Notes: generated by a model not told the origin, from the sequence alone. Counted from the first letter of the whole stretch, positions 31,067-41,321 are shown. The stretch: 62,446 bases of DNA, filler included, from Chthonomonadaceae bacterium (GCA_035650735.1; 4 parts of 4 records of this genome joined end to end with filler, not necessarily neighbours in it), one strand, 5' to 3'. A program made the numbers and translations.

Positions 31067-32861
31067 GGCTCTGCGCCACATTGCGTGAAGGCCGCTCGCC
31101 TGTCTCGCTTCATGTCTTGCCGCCTTTAGGGGAGAAACACCTGCCCAACGAATCACGTCGGAAACGATCTCCGAGGTGATCAGATGGCTTCTCTGTTTCT
31201 GCTTCCGCCAGGGTATCGGCTGTTGGAGCGCCCAAACGCACGGCAATCGCCGGCACAGCCCCTGGGTCTGGCGCTGCTTTGCAGTTCGGCACGCTGTCCG
31301 GTCTGTCATCGACCTTCTCGCCGCGTGCATAGCCGCTACTGGCGAACGCTGGCCGATCTGCCCTGTAGCGGGCAGAAAATCGTTCTCCACGTGCGGATGC
31401 GCCGCTTCTTCTGTGGCAACCGGCACTGTCCGCGACGCACCTTTGCAGAAACACTGCCCGGATTGGCGGCGAAACGCGCTCGGCGTACCCAGCGGATGCA
31501 GCAAGCCCTCACCCGACTGGGGCAGGCCGTAGGAAGCCGGCCCGGAGTGCGATTGGCGATCTCCTTGGCGCTACCCACGAGTGCGACGACCCTGTTACGC
31601 CTGGAAAGGGCCGCCCCAGTGCCTGTAGTGGAGACGCCGCGTGTGCTTGGAGTGGACGATTGGGCCTTCAAGAAAGGCCGCCGCTATGGAACCATTCTCT
31701 ACGATCTGGAAAAACACCGGCCCGTAGACCTCTTGCCGGACGCGACGGCCGACAGTCTGGCCGCCTGGCTGCAGCAACATCCCGGCGGGGAGATTATTAG
31801 CCGCGATCGCGGCGGTTGCTATGCCGAAGGCGCGCGAAAAGGAGCGCCCCATGCCATTCAGGTGGCCGACCGCTGGCATCTGGCGAAGAATCTCGGCGAG
31901 GCGCTCGAACGCTTGCTGGATACCAAGCGCTCCCTGCTCAAACAGGCCGCAGGCAGGAGCGCTGAGGCTGAAAATGCAGCAGCGGCACCGCAGGAAGCAC
32001 CGACCACCAGCAACGAACGGCAATCCAGCCGTTCTCAACAGCGCCTTCAACAAGAGAAAGCCTGCCGACGCCAATATCGTCTCGAACGCTACGAGACGGT
32101 CCAGGCGCTGTTAGCCCAAGGGATGAACCTGAGCGCCATCGGTCGGCATCTGCGTCTGAACCGGCGCACGGTGCGCAAACTGGCGCAGGCGGAAGTGTTT
32201 CCTGAGCGTAAACAACGCGCTTCTCGCCCCAGCAAACTCAACGCTTACAAAGCCTTTCTGCTTCAGCCCTGGCAGGAGGGCTGTCATAACGCTGCCGCAC
32301 TTTTGACGGAAATCACAGCGTAGGGCTACACCGGCGGGCGTTCTTTAGTCAAGTCTTTCGTGCAGGCACTACGTCATACCGATCCCTCGGAACCGCTGCC
32401 GCCGCATGACCGACTGTCTCCCCGTCAGGTGGCGATGTGGACGCTGCGCCGCACCGAAGACCGAACGTCCAGGCAACAGGTCATCCTGGAGAACCTGGAG
32501 CAACTATGTGCGCCCTTTCAAGTAGCGAACGCTCTGGTCCAAAGGTTTCTGGCTCTGATCCGCTGGTGTCCACGTCAAGACCAGGCCGAAGCCCTCAAGA
32601 GTTGGATTGCCGATGCGGTCGCCAGCGAGATCAGCCCGATGAGTGCCTTTGCGATTCGTCTGCGACACGACCAGGCGGGCGTGGAAGCCGGACTATCGCT
32701 GGAATGGAGCAACGGGGCCGTCGAAGGCAGCAACAACGGGCTCAAATTCTTGAAACGGCGCGGGTATGGGCGGGCCAACTTCGACCTATTGCGCAGGCGG
32801 GTTCTGCAACCGACGTGAGGTAGAGCAGGTGAGCGGCCTTCACGCAATGTGGCGCAGAGCC
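31067..32861 (+). mobile_element. ISL3-family element
   Basis: 31-bp inverted repeats GGCTCTGCGCCACATTGCGTGAAGGCCGCTC; flanks ATTTTAGT/ATTTTAGC (8-bp target duplication, one mismatch). Confidence 0.92.
31184..32818 (+). pseudogene. ISL3 transposase with a premature TAG at 32321-32323
   Basis: CPVC zinc finger, GVDDWA, SRDR, ADRWHL, WSNGAVEG, KRRGYGRANFDLLR in one frame across the stop. Confidence 0.9.
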
Positions 32862-32899
32862 ATTTTAGCACCGGCGATGACAATAACAGGAGACGAACA

Positions 32900-33857
32900 A
32901 TGAACGGGCAGCCGGAGCGCGTGGCAGATACTTCTGCGGAGGCTTGGCCTCCGCAGACCATACCTCCGTCCGACAAGCGGGAAGGGGCTTGGGCGGAAGG
33001 GGCGACACTGCCGGACATGACCCATACGAACACGTATGCACAGTGGTCAACCCCTACGCCTGGTCACCATCTTCAGGCTCAGGCACTGCTGCCTTATGCC
33101 AGACGCATCGTGGCGGAATTAGGACATCAGAGACACAGACTCCAAGGCGAATTGACTCCTACACTCAACGAGCTGGGTATCCTCGCAGAGGCCATGCCGC
33201 CTGACACCATAGGCCGTCAGCAGGCAGAGTTCATCATCGCGACGATCCACAATATGATGCACGATGCAACGGAAGCTGAACAGCGCGCCCAGCAAGTAGT
33301 AAGTCAGGTACACCCGGCTAAAGCGCGGGGGCTTGTTCCTAAACGGCTCACGTAGCCAGTTTGAAACAATAGGCTGCCTGAACATTCAGCCCGTGTTCTG
33401 CCTGCCTTAAAGAGCGCAGGAGAGCCCTGCTGTCGAAATCCGCTTCCGCAGCACTTTGTTAAACCAACCGTCCACTCGGTGGCGTCTGTTGCCAGTGGAG
33501 GAGCGTTGCACGAAACAGACCGTGTTGCCGGGTGTTGGAGCGGTTCCGTTCCTGAGCAGGGGCTTCACAGCAAGAGCCTCTGCTGAAAACTGGATACTTA
33601 CATACTACCCTACAGGCCACCAAGCCGGAAAGTTTGTGCAAAAAATCTCAACAAGGAGAATGGCGGGAGGTTGCAGACGGAAAGCAGGCGGATTAAAAGC
33701 CTGAACGATAGTACAAAGGCGTGTATGCGCCTGCTTTCCTGAGCAGGAAACGCATTCCTCACCCGGCTAAAGCGCGGGTGTCTCCTGCCGATGTTTTTAT
33801 GATCTGGAAAACGAACTGGCGAAAGGCCCGGATGTGCGGGAGGAAACCAGCATTTGA
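32900..33857 (+). pseudogene. Helical hypothetical protein (153 aa when restored) interrupted by an IS200/IS605-type element
   Basis: Joining 33302 to 33799 gives …AEQRAQQVVNDLENELAKGPDVREETSI*. Confidence 0.7.
33303..33798. mobile_element. Non-autonomous IS200/IS605-type element
   Basis: GTCA start; subterminal hairpin CACCCGGCTAAAGCGCGGG at both ends; ATGA flank; no target duplication; no convincing ORF. Confidence 0.75.
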
Positions 33858-33994
33858 GCGGGCACTTGACGAGGTATCGCCGAAGATCGATCCCAGGATA
33901 GCCACAACGAGCGCAGAGGCAACAAGACAGGGCACTCGCGCTTGGGAACCCGATGGCTCTGGACGGCCTCCCCGAGGGCGGGGCTAAGCTCGGG

Positions 33995-34195
33995 TTACTC
34001 CTGAAAATGCGTACAGCCATTATGCTGCGTGCGCTTGGCCCGTTTGTCAAAGAACCCTAGAGGCTTACCGCAGAGAACGCATTCCCCCTGCGCGCGCCGC
34101 TGGTTACGGATCGCCCGTAACCGCTTTTCCTCAGGTCCCCAGGCCTCTGCGTCTTCGACTTCGCGTCGGAGTTGTTTCTCGCTCATATCAGACAT
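33995..34195 (-). CDS. Small putative Zn-binding protein
   Basis: 66 aa, CVLC…HNGC, AAGGAG RBS. Confidence 0.55.
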   Translation of the reverse strand: MSDMSEKQLRREVEDAEAWGPEEKRLRAIRNQRRAQGECVLCGKPLGFFDKRAKRTQHNGCTHFQE

Positions 34196-34425
34196 GGTCG
34201 TGCTCCTTGTATACCGTTCTTGCTGCGACGGCGTTCGCTGAGAGTTGGCTGCCGAGGCGCTTCTTCCTGCTTCATCCCTAACGCGACCGTTGAGGCGCTG
34301 AACCTCAGCCGAGATGACCTTCCCGTCTAGCGTAAGCTTGCTGCCGTTTTGTAGAACCCAGGCCGGACAGAACGCAATTGCCAGGGCGACGGCGAGGAGA
34401 AGAACGGGTACTTGTCACCTTCGTT

Positions 34426-34749
34426 TCATGGTTGGAACCTCTTGGGATGCAACTCCCCTATCCCCGCGAGGACAAGCGCTTTGGCTTCTTCCGAGCTGGC
34501 ATTGGCGATTGCGTCCCAAGCGATCTCGCGTCTGGTCAGCGGTGGCAGCCCCAGCGGCACAAAGGCCAAGTCTGTCACGAGCAGTTGAAGCACCTTCTTT
34601 CGATTGGGATCGGGACAGATAGCAAGGTGAGTCACTTTATCTTTCCAGAAACCGTCTATAGCCAGCTCTTTCTGGGCCATTTTGAGGGCTTCCTGGGCCT
34701 TGAGAACAACAGGGTCGTCCAGGAGCTTTTTCCATTCTGCATGACGCAT
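34426..34749 (-). CDS. Hypothetical protein
   Basis: 107-aa protein-like ORF co-oriented with its neighbours. Confidence 0.45.
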   Translation of the reverse strand: MRHAEWKKLLDDPVVLKAQEALKMAQKELAIDGFWKDKVTHLAICPDPNRKKVLQLLVTDLAFVPLGLPPLTRREIAWDAIANASSEEAKALVLAGIGELHPKRFQP

Positions 34750-34806
34750 GAGCGCCTTCCAATCCCAATGAGTTCGGAAACATGGGTCCTCAAGACGTTG
34801 AGTCTC

Positions 34807-35091
34807 TTATGACGTCATTACATGCGTTTCCGGTTTGTGTGTCTTGTAGTCGCGCAGGTCCAGACAGACATGCGTGCTTATATGCTTGGTGATGAAGTTG
34901 AGAAGGCTTTCGGCTTCTTGTTGGGTCAGATTGCGGGCCAAAAAGTAGTACTCCTCGTCCTGCCTGCCCACTTGGGCGCGCACATCGTAAATGTCGGCCC
35001 GCGTGTCGCTATCTGGCCCCAGGTGATACCACTCAACGCAGGCCACCATCGCCAGGTTCACCAATTTGCCCTCCATGGTTCGCACCCACAT
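34807..35091 (-). CDS. Hypothetical protein
   Basis: 94 aa, GAGGAG RBS. Confidence 0.6.
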   Translation of the reverse strand: MWVRTMEGKLVNLAMVACVEWYHLGPDSDTRADIYDVRAQVGRQDEEYYFLARNLTQQEAESLLNFITKHISTHVCLDLRDYKTHKPETHVMTS

Positions 35092-35148
35092 GATGGCTCT
35101 CCTCTTGTATCTTAGCCGCTCCCGTCCTCGGTAGGGTATCGGTGCTGG

Positions 35149-35370
35149 CTACTTCTGATCGCGGTTGAAGTGAGTGGCTAAGAGGTCGGAGAGTCGCTGG
35201 ACGGCCACTTTGCGGGAGGGAGAGACAACAGGAAGCGTGGTCCTCAGGGAGGAAAGATAAGCATAGGCGGGCGCGCTGGCCCGCCAACTCTGCGCGTGGT
35301 CATCGTACCAAGAGGTGATCAAAATGGAACGTCCACTGACCTCTTGTTTGGTTCGCTCAAACTCCGACAT
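35149..35370 (-). CDS. Hypothetical protein
   Basis: AAGGAG RBS before MSEFER. Confidence 0.55.
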   Translation of the reverse strand: MSEFERTKQEVSGRSILITSWYDDHAQSWRASAPAYAYLSSLRTTLPVVSPSRKVAVQRLSDLLATHFNRDQK

Positions 35371-35658
35371 GGTCTGGGTCTCCTTGCCCTCTCCTAATCT
35401 CCATTGGCTGCTGGCTGCACGTACCATTCTTTCCCCGTACCTACGCTGCGTGCTTTGTTGGCCTAGCAGAGGTGGCCAGGCAGGCTTGTTGTCTTTGGGC
35501 CTCCACCTCCGGTGGGCGGCGTTTCCCTGCGGGGTGGGGAAGGGCCTTCACGCGGTGGAATTTCACCGAGCTCCTACCTGCTGATAGAGGAAGCCTGGTC
35601 GTTATCGCTGGCCTGCTTGGTTCTTTTAGCAAGAGTCTTTGCTTTCACTAATAGCAGC

Positions 35659-35753
35659 ATTATACCCTCTCCCTTTGCTCCTGTCAATAGGTGCAATTGC
35701 GTTTTTTAAAGATAACAATTATGTTGACTAATAGGCACATAGGGTGTTATAAT
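35659..35753. promoter_or_regulatory. Divergent sigma70 promoters
   Basis: Minus strand TTGACA-17-TATAAT (35687-35659); plus strand TTGACT-18-TATAAT (35724-35753). Confidence 0.7.
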
Positions 35754-35775
35754 GAGGAGCGGAAGGAGGGGGAGA

Positions 35776-36078
35776 ATGATCCGATCTCACTTTGAGGATT
35801 TACGCCGCCTTAAAGAGTTCCAAGAGAGACGTGATTTGCCGATACGCACCATCGCGGAGGAGACCGGATTGTCGCAAGGGGCTATCTTACGGGTCAAGAA
35901 CGCCACGATGGAGCGTATCTCCTTGTCTACGCTGGAGACATTATGCCGTTACTTTGGCGTACAGAGCCTCTGTGATCTGATCGAGTATGTGCCCGACGAA
36001 AAGCCAGAAGCGGGGCAGAAGCCGAAGAGTGGCGACCGAGAGCGTGGACGTGCGTCAAGAAAACCCTACCCCAGCTAA
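35776..36078 (+). CDS. Cro/C1-type (HTH_26) transcriptional regulator
   Basis: IAEETGLSQGAI…LSTLETLCRYF…DLIEYVPD. Confidence 0.85.
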   Translation: MIRSHFEDLRRLKEFQERRDLPIRTIAEETGLSQGAILRVKNATMERISLSTLETLCRYFGVQSLCDLIEYVPDEKPEAGQKPKSGDRERGRASRKPYPS

Positions 36079-36390
36079 GAATCCTGGAGTCACCCTGCGT
36101 CGGAGCTTGGTGGCTTATCGCAAAGGGACGCCGCTGGAGGGAACGTCAATAGGGACAAGGGAAAGGAAGTCAGGGCCATGCGTCTGCTTCAACGGGATCT
36201 GCGGGATATAGGATGGATCAGCCTAGGCTTGGCCGTTCTCTTTGTCGTGCTCAAGAAGGGCACAGCCGGTTCCGAGGGGCTGAGCAATGGCGCCACAGCG
36301 AGACTACCCGGCAATAAGCCAGACGAACCAGAAACGAAAAAGGACAGGAGGCAAGATGCCCCCTGTCCGTTCTCCTGGCAGAGTCGCCGA

Positions 36391-36720
36391 TTACCAGCGA
36401 CCGCCGCCCCGATTGTTGTGGCGGCCACCGTCGTAACCGCCGCGATTGCCTCCACCGCCGTAAGAGCGCTCTTCGCGCGGCTTGGCCTCGTTGACCGTCA
36501 GCGTCCGACCCCCCAGCATCGTGCCGTTGAGGGTATTGATGGCGGCATTGGCCTCCGCATCCGTAGACATCTCCACAAAGCCGAAGCCTTTAGCCTGACC
36601 GGTGTACTTGTCGGTGATGACCGTCGCCGAAGTCACCGTGCCGGAGCCTGCGAACAGGTTCTCCAGCTCTTCCTCGGTCGCCGAGTAGGGCAGTCCGCCC
36701 ACATAAATACGCTTTGCCAT
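36391..36720 (-). CDS. RRM RNA-binding protein with Gly-rich tail
   Basis: RNP2 IYVGGL, RNP1 KGFGFVEM, VNEAKPRE. Confidence 0.95.
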   Translation of the reverse strand: MAKRIYVGGLPYSATEEELENLFAGSGTVTSATVITDKYTGQAKGFGFVEMSTDAEANAAINTLNGTMLGGRTLTVNEAKPREERSYGGGGNRGGYDGGRHNNRGGGRW

Positions 36721-37256
36721 GTTGGAATGGCTCCTTTCTTGGCTTTCCCAGAGTTCGGAAAAGGACATGGTGCCGTTGCAGGCTTAACCTGCGCGACACT
36801 AAAGGGAGTGAAGTCTGTAGCTATCTTCACTATCTGAAATGAACGCCTGGAAAGCAAGAAGGAGCCTAGCGGAGAATGCACAACGGAAGGGGCCAGCAAC
36901 AGCCGGTTCAGCAGCTACATTAAGCGCGGTTCAGTCTCAACTTCATGTCGTCTCTCAGATGCTTTATTATACCACAGAAATTAGTGCTCTGCACAGGTTA
37001 GGGAAGAGCGGCTAACTTTTTTCAGGTAATTTTCGCCTCTATCCGGCTAAGAGCTTATCCCAACTTGGATGGCAGCCCTGCTGAGAGCGCAAAGACACCG
37101 GCAGCCGATTCGATAAGACTGAGAAAGCCAGAGCGCAAACGGATTACGTTCCCTGCCGTAAAAATCAGCAAGGCTCTTTGTTTCTGCGAGCGCAGAGGGA
37201 GGTTCCCTGCGCTAGGGTCGCCTACTCCATTGCCAGGCCGAGGAGGGAGGGCTGAT

Positions 37257-37523
37257 ATGACAGACAATCCAGGCAATCCGCGCGTCGATGCGAATGCCAT
37301 ACGCACCAGCGAAACCGGGAGCAAAAGCCGCGAAGCCCGCCGCGCCGAGAAGGAAAAGAAACAGAAGGCACCGGAGCGCCAGGGACAGGGAAATGTATCC
37401 GATATTCGGCGCAGCGAGACCGGCAGCGAAGACAGCCATGTACCCGCCAAGGAGGATACGAATGCGCCGAGCAGTTCGCATGAGCAGCCCAACAAAGCCA
37501 GACGTAAGGGCGGCTCAAAGTAA
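37257..37523 (+). CDS. Small hydrophilic hypothetical protein
   Basis: GGAGG RBS; RxSETGS occurs twice. Confidence 0.45.
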   Translation: MTDNPGNPRVDANAIRTSETGSKSREARRAEKEKKQKAPERQGQGNVSDIRRSETGSEDSHVPAKEDTNAPSSSHEQPNKARRKGGSK

Positions 37524-37655
37524 ATCGCCCACTATAGGAGGTCGAATCGGCCCTGAAGCCATAGTGCGCGAAGATCTATAGCGTATCTGCAATTAGAGAA
37601 CCTCGATACCGACGGCCCCAGCCAGTCGGTCCGCTCTTACTGGAAGGGAAACAAT

Positions 37656-38312
37656 ATGGCCTCGCAGCGTACATGGATTAGGGAACCCTTTTGCAGCCTC
37701 TCGCATCTGGTGGGAGCGGTCCTATCGGTCGTGGCTTTGGTTGTGCTTGTGGTCCTGGCGCGGGGACGCGTGTGGCATCTGGTCGGCTTTAGCCTCTATG
37801 GAATCAGCCTGGTCCTATTATATACGGTCAGTACCCTCTACCATGGGTTGCCCGTCACTTCCGCACAGATAGCTTGGTGGAACCGGTTGGACTACCTGGC
37901 CATTTTCCTGCTCATTGCCGGGACCTACGCTCCGATCTGCCTGATCTGCTTGCCCGGAGGGTGGGGATGGAGCCTGCTGGGAGGGGAGTATGGCTTAGCG
38001 GCACTGGGCATGGGAACCCTGCTGATCTGGAAGGGGACGCCTCATTGGATGCGCGTGACGCTGTATATCCTCATGGGCTGGCTGGCGGTGCTGGCCTGGC
38101 CGGTCCTACAGGCGGTCTTGCCGCCCGTAGGGCGGGCCTGGCTCGTGGCGGGCGGGGTGCTTTATACGGGCGGCTGTGTCATCTATGCCACCGACCGTCC
38201 GCACTTGTGGCCCGGCAAATTTAGCGCGCACGATCTATGGCATCTGTTTGTGCTGGCAGGCAGCGCCTGCCATTTTGTGTTGATGCTCGGCTTTGTCGCT
38301 CCGATGGGCTAG
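37656..38312 (+). CDS. Hemolysin III / PAQR family membrane protein
   Basis: STLYH, D..AIFLLIAGTY.P, H.LWHLFVLAG. Confidence 0.92.
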   Translation: MASQRTWIREPFCSLSHLVGAVLSVVALVVLVVLARGRVWHLVGFSLYGISLVLLYTVSTLYHGLPVTSAQIAWWNRLDYLAIFLLIAGTYAPICLICLPGGWGWSLLGGEYGLAALGMGTLLIWKGTPHWMRVTLYILMGWLAVLAWPVLQAVLPPVGRAWLVAGGVLYTGGCVIYATDRPHLWPGKFSAHDLWHLFVLAGSACHFVLMLGFVAPMG

Positions 38313-38356
38313 TTTTCGGCCATCCTACGAGCCCTGTTGCGTGGTCAACGCGACCC

Positions 38357-38899
38357 TCACGCGACATCTTCAATCGCGGCGATGAGCCCCTCCTCGCTCC
38401 AAATCTCCTCGTAGCGCACTCCGTTGATGAAAAAAGTCGGCGTACCGTTCACACCACTTTGCATCCCACTCCTAAAGTCGTCGCGAACCCGATCCGCATA
38501 CGTATGCTGTGCCATCTCCCGCAGAAATCGGGTCGTGTCCAGCCCGAGCGCCGCGGCATACTCGACCAGAAACCCGTTCTCTAGCGCCTGCTGACGCTCG
38601 AACAGGAGAGCATGCATCTGCCAGTACTTGTTCTGGGCGCCCGCCGCCTCGGCTGCTTCGGCGGCGTTCTGGGCTTGCGGGTGGATCTGGCTTTGGGGGA
38701 AGTGGCGAAACACAAAGCGCAAGGCCTCGCCTTGTCGCTGCTGATAGTCCTGGAGCAGAACATAAGCCTGAGCGCAGCGGCCGCATTGGTAATCGCCGTA
38801 TTCCACGAGCGTTACCTGGGCCGTCTGCGGCCCGCGCCCGTGGTCACGCGCGCCCACAGGCAGGCTCAATCTATTTCCATCCTGGACTTGTCTTTCCAA
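38357..38899 (-). CDS. DsbA-family (Thioredoxin_4) protein
   Basis: EYGDYQCGRC, FRHFP, GVNGTPTFFING. Confidence 0.9.
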   Translation of the reverse strand: MERQVQDGNRLSLPVGARDHGRGPQTAQVTLVEYGDYQCGRCAQAYVLLQDYQQRQGEALRFVFRHFPQSQIHPQAQNAAEAAEAAGAQNKYWQMHALLFERQQALENGFLVEYAAALGLDTTRFLREMAQHTYADRVRDDFRSGMQSGVNGTPTFFINGVRYEEIWSEEGLIAAIEDVA

Positions 38900-39085
38900 A
38901 ATATCTCCCTAAGGGGAGTGAACCCCTCCGCAGTCCGCCGTACTTCTCTCGCCGACTACTAGATCCTCCTTGGTATCAGCGTCGGTCCGCCTCGTCAACC
39001 TCGTCAGCGCCCCCGTAATTGGTGCCATAAGAACTCGGCCAGGAGACCTCGGCCGCTTCGAATGAAGAACAACAGCGCCCCAGGA

Positions 39086-39883
39086 CTACTCCCCAAATCC
39101 TGCCGCTTTTTCTTCCTTGGTGGGGGCAAAGGTCGCCTTTTCGCGCAGTTCGCCCTCTTCAAAGTAAATTTCTCTGAGCGCTTCGACTTGCAGATCCAGG
39201 AATTGATGGGCTCCCGTGACGTGACTTTGCCCTATAATCTTCTCCCCTGGCTTTAGGCGATCGTGGAGAGTATTGGGTCTTCCAACAAAGGCGACGTGTA
39301 CGCCGTGATGTTCCCGGCCTATTTCCTCGTCCGTGAACGCCTGGCCCGTGATGTTGACCGACAAGACCTGATCAAAGTCCGGCGGCTGGGTAATCCAATG
39401 GGCCAGAAAGAACTCCTGTCCCCTCCCAAACAACAAGTAGTCGAGGTCAGAAGTGAAGGCATCCGGGCCAAGCTCTTCAAAATGAACCACGTTCACGACA
39501 TGGACCGTCGCGGGCTCGGCAACGACGGTTCCGCCTTTTTCAAAATGGCCTCTAAACAGGCTTCCCTGAAACGAGCTCAGAGCGGGTTTATCGGGACCCT
39601 GCGAAAGCAAATCCACTATCGGGAAGTCCTCGGGCTTGAACGTGTATAATTCGCTATCTCCAAAATGGGCACGAAAGTCACCCAAGCGGCCCATGGCTTG
39701 GTCGTCGAGGCTCACTTCGAGAATGACCTGGAAGTTATGAGGCGGCATAAACATCGGGAGATGGGACAGATACAGCGTCTCTTCTCCGACCAGCAGCATG
39801 CCGTGCGTGCCAAAGGTGATGTCCTGATCATCGTGACTGTGATCAGCAGCCGGCATATCCATACCTGGCATATTCTTCATCAC
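39086..39883 (-). CDS. Hypothetical protein with Met/His-rich N-terminus
   Basis: 265 aa; HGMLLVG, SHLPMF..PH motifs. Confidence 0.7.
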   Translation of the reverse strand: MMKNMPGMDMPAADHSHDDQDITFGTHGMLLVGEETLYLSHLPMFMPPHNFQVILEVSLDDQAMGRLGDFRAHFGDSELYTFKPEDFPIVDLLSQGPDKPALSSFQGSLFRGHFEKGGTVVAEPATVHVVNVVHFEELGPDAFTSDLDYLLFGRGQEFFLAHWITQPPDFDQVLSVNITGQAFTDEEIGREHHGVHVAFVGRPNTLHDRLKPGEKIIGQSHVTGAHQFLDLQVEALREIYFEEGELREKATFAPTKEEKAAGFGE

Positions 39884-39921
39884 ATTCTCCTCTCCGGATC
39901 AGTAATATTCTTTCGGGCGAA

Positions 39922-41208
39922 TCAATTTGGGCTGCCCGCTAAGGCATCATGCTCCCCAACGAGTTGGTCAAGGACTAAATCTTTGGAAGGGATGTCCTTC
40001 TTGGTCACTTGAATCACCACGCCTTCCACATGGATGGTTCGCAAGGGATTGCCGTTCCCATCCTTGAGGACAAACGGCGTTTGTAAATCCCTGGTCAGCC
40101 GCAGAATCGTATGGGTCGGACCGAAGGGAACCTCTTCGACGATGTTCCTTACATTCGCCTGATAATCCAGCACGACTTCCAGTTCGCCCTTAATGCCGTC
40201 CCGCACCTCTTGTACTTTGGAAGGGTCCAGGACTTGCTTGAGAAGCCCGTCCAGATCGTGTAGCGCCACCTGCTGATCCTGCGCGCGGTCTTTATTTCTG
40301 AAGGCCACGCCGACATCCACGAGAGAGAGAAAGGAGTGGTACTCCTCCACTAGTTGGAACCAGAAAAGATTCAGCGTGCGCGTCGGATTTGGGTTCTGGA
40401 TTGTGCTTTTGTTGATTACGGTGACTTTGCCGGTTACAACCTCCTGTGAGGAAGCCTGCGAAACATTTAGTTGGCGTGAGGCGGCGGTCTCTCCAATCTG
40501 CTTATCCTGCGCGCTTTCGGTGGCTTTGCCAAAGGAGGTTCTCACGTCGTTGGAACCGCCCTTTACCCCAAGTTGAGCGTTTGCCTCTCCGCTTCCGAAG
40601 CCCACGGAGGCATCCCCGTGGAAATTGGCATCCATATGGTAGTCCGAGGAATCTTGGCTGTTACTCTGATTGCTGGAGTCTGCCACATGGGTATTGAAGT
40701 TCTGCGCGACCGATGTATCCTGGCTCTCCATAGCCGTCGTTGTCTTGGTCAAATCGCTCGTTTTGCTAAATTCTGTAGTGGTCGCAACCTCTACTATCTG
40801 GCCCGCTGCCAGGGTCATCGTATTGACCTCAGGGCCTTTGCCTGTTGCCGTACGCTGCGTCGTCAGGCGATAACTCTCAACAAGAAAGAGCTGGGGACGC
40901 AGAGATTTCGTTAGCTCTGCAATTCTTAGCGAAGTTTGAACAATCAAACCTGCTACTAACCCCGGATTATCCGGCAGATCAGCGAATGCCACCTGGATAA
41001 ATGGCGGCTGGAGGGCCAATCCCTGAAGCAGCAAGGCCTGTTGCGTGTTCAACCGCGACAATTCATTCTGCGCGTCAACAAGCTCTTGGGACTGTCCGTG
41101 TACAAATTCGGGCTTAAAGAAATCAGAAGGCACGTTGAGTGAAATGAAGCAGTCGTTTATCGGTATCCTCACTTCAATGGCAAGTTCCTGAAGCGTATCG
41201 TTCGACAT
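39922..41208 (-). CDS. Hypothetical Ser/Thr-rich protein, candidate beta-pore-former
   Basis: Long ORF with GGAG RBS; S/T-rich core and an alternating Gly/hydrophobic hairpin. Confidence 0.65.
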   Translation of the reverse strand: MSNDTLQELAIEVRIPINDCFISLNVPSDFFKPEFVHGQSQELVDAQNELSRLNTQQALLLQGLALQPPFIQVAFADLPDNPGLVAGLIVQTSLRIAELTKSLRPQLFLVESYRLTTQRTATGKGPEVNTMTLAAGQIVEVATTTEFSKTSDLTKTTTAMESQDTSVAQNFNTHVADSSNQSNSQDSSDYHMDANFHGDASVGFGSGEANAQLGVKGGSNDVRTSFGKATESAQDKQIGETAASRQLNVSQASSQEVVTGKVTVINKSTIQNPNPTRTLNLFWFQLVEEYHSFLSLVDVGVAFRNKDRAQDQQVALHDLDGLLKQVLDPSKVQEVRDGIKGELEVVLDYQANVRNIVEEVPFGPTHTILRLTRDLQTPFVLKDGNGNPLRTIHVEGVVIQVTKKDIPSKDLVLDQLVGEHDALAGSPN

Positions 41209-41321
41209 CGTTTTCTCCATTAGCCCTCTTGTCTAAGTCTCCTCTGCGAGAGGAAAAGACTTGCGGTTTCGGGGACTTAGGCAAGAGGGCTATTCCAGAG
41301 CCAGGCGGCAGTTCAAGCCTG

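Larger units (their letters stand above)
28819..32882 (-). mobile_element. IS21-family element (degenerate) containing a nested ISL3
   Basis: Ends TGTCAACGCC (28819) and revcomp TGTCATCGCC (32882); istA-istB inside. Confidence 0.85.

Noticed and set aside
32321..32323. In-frame TAG in the ISL3 transposase as recoding
   Set aside because: A simple CAG-to-TAG-type nonsense change in a decaying IS is more likely; not a catalytic position.
33303..33798. Group I intron / IStron interpretation of the in-frame insertion
   Set aside because: The 5' exon does not end in U and the insert does not end in G; the ends fit a plain IS200/IS605-type element.
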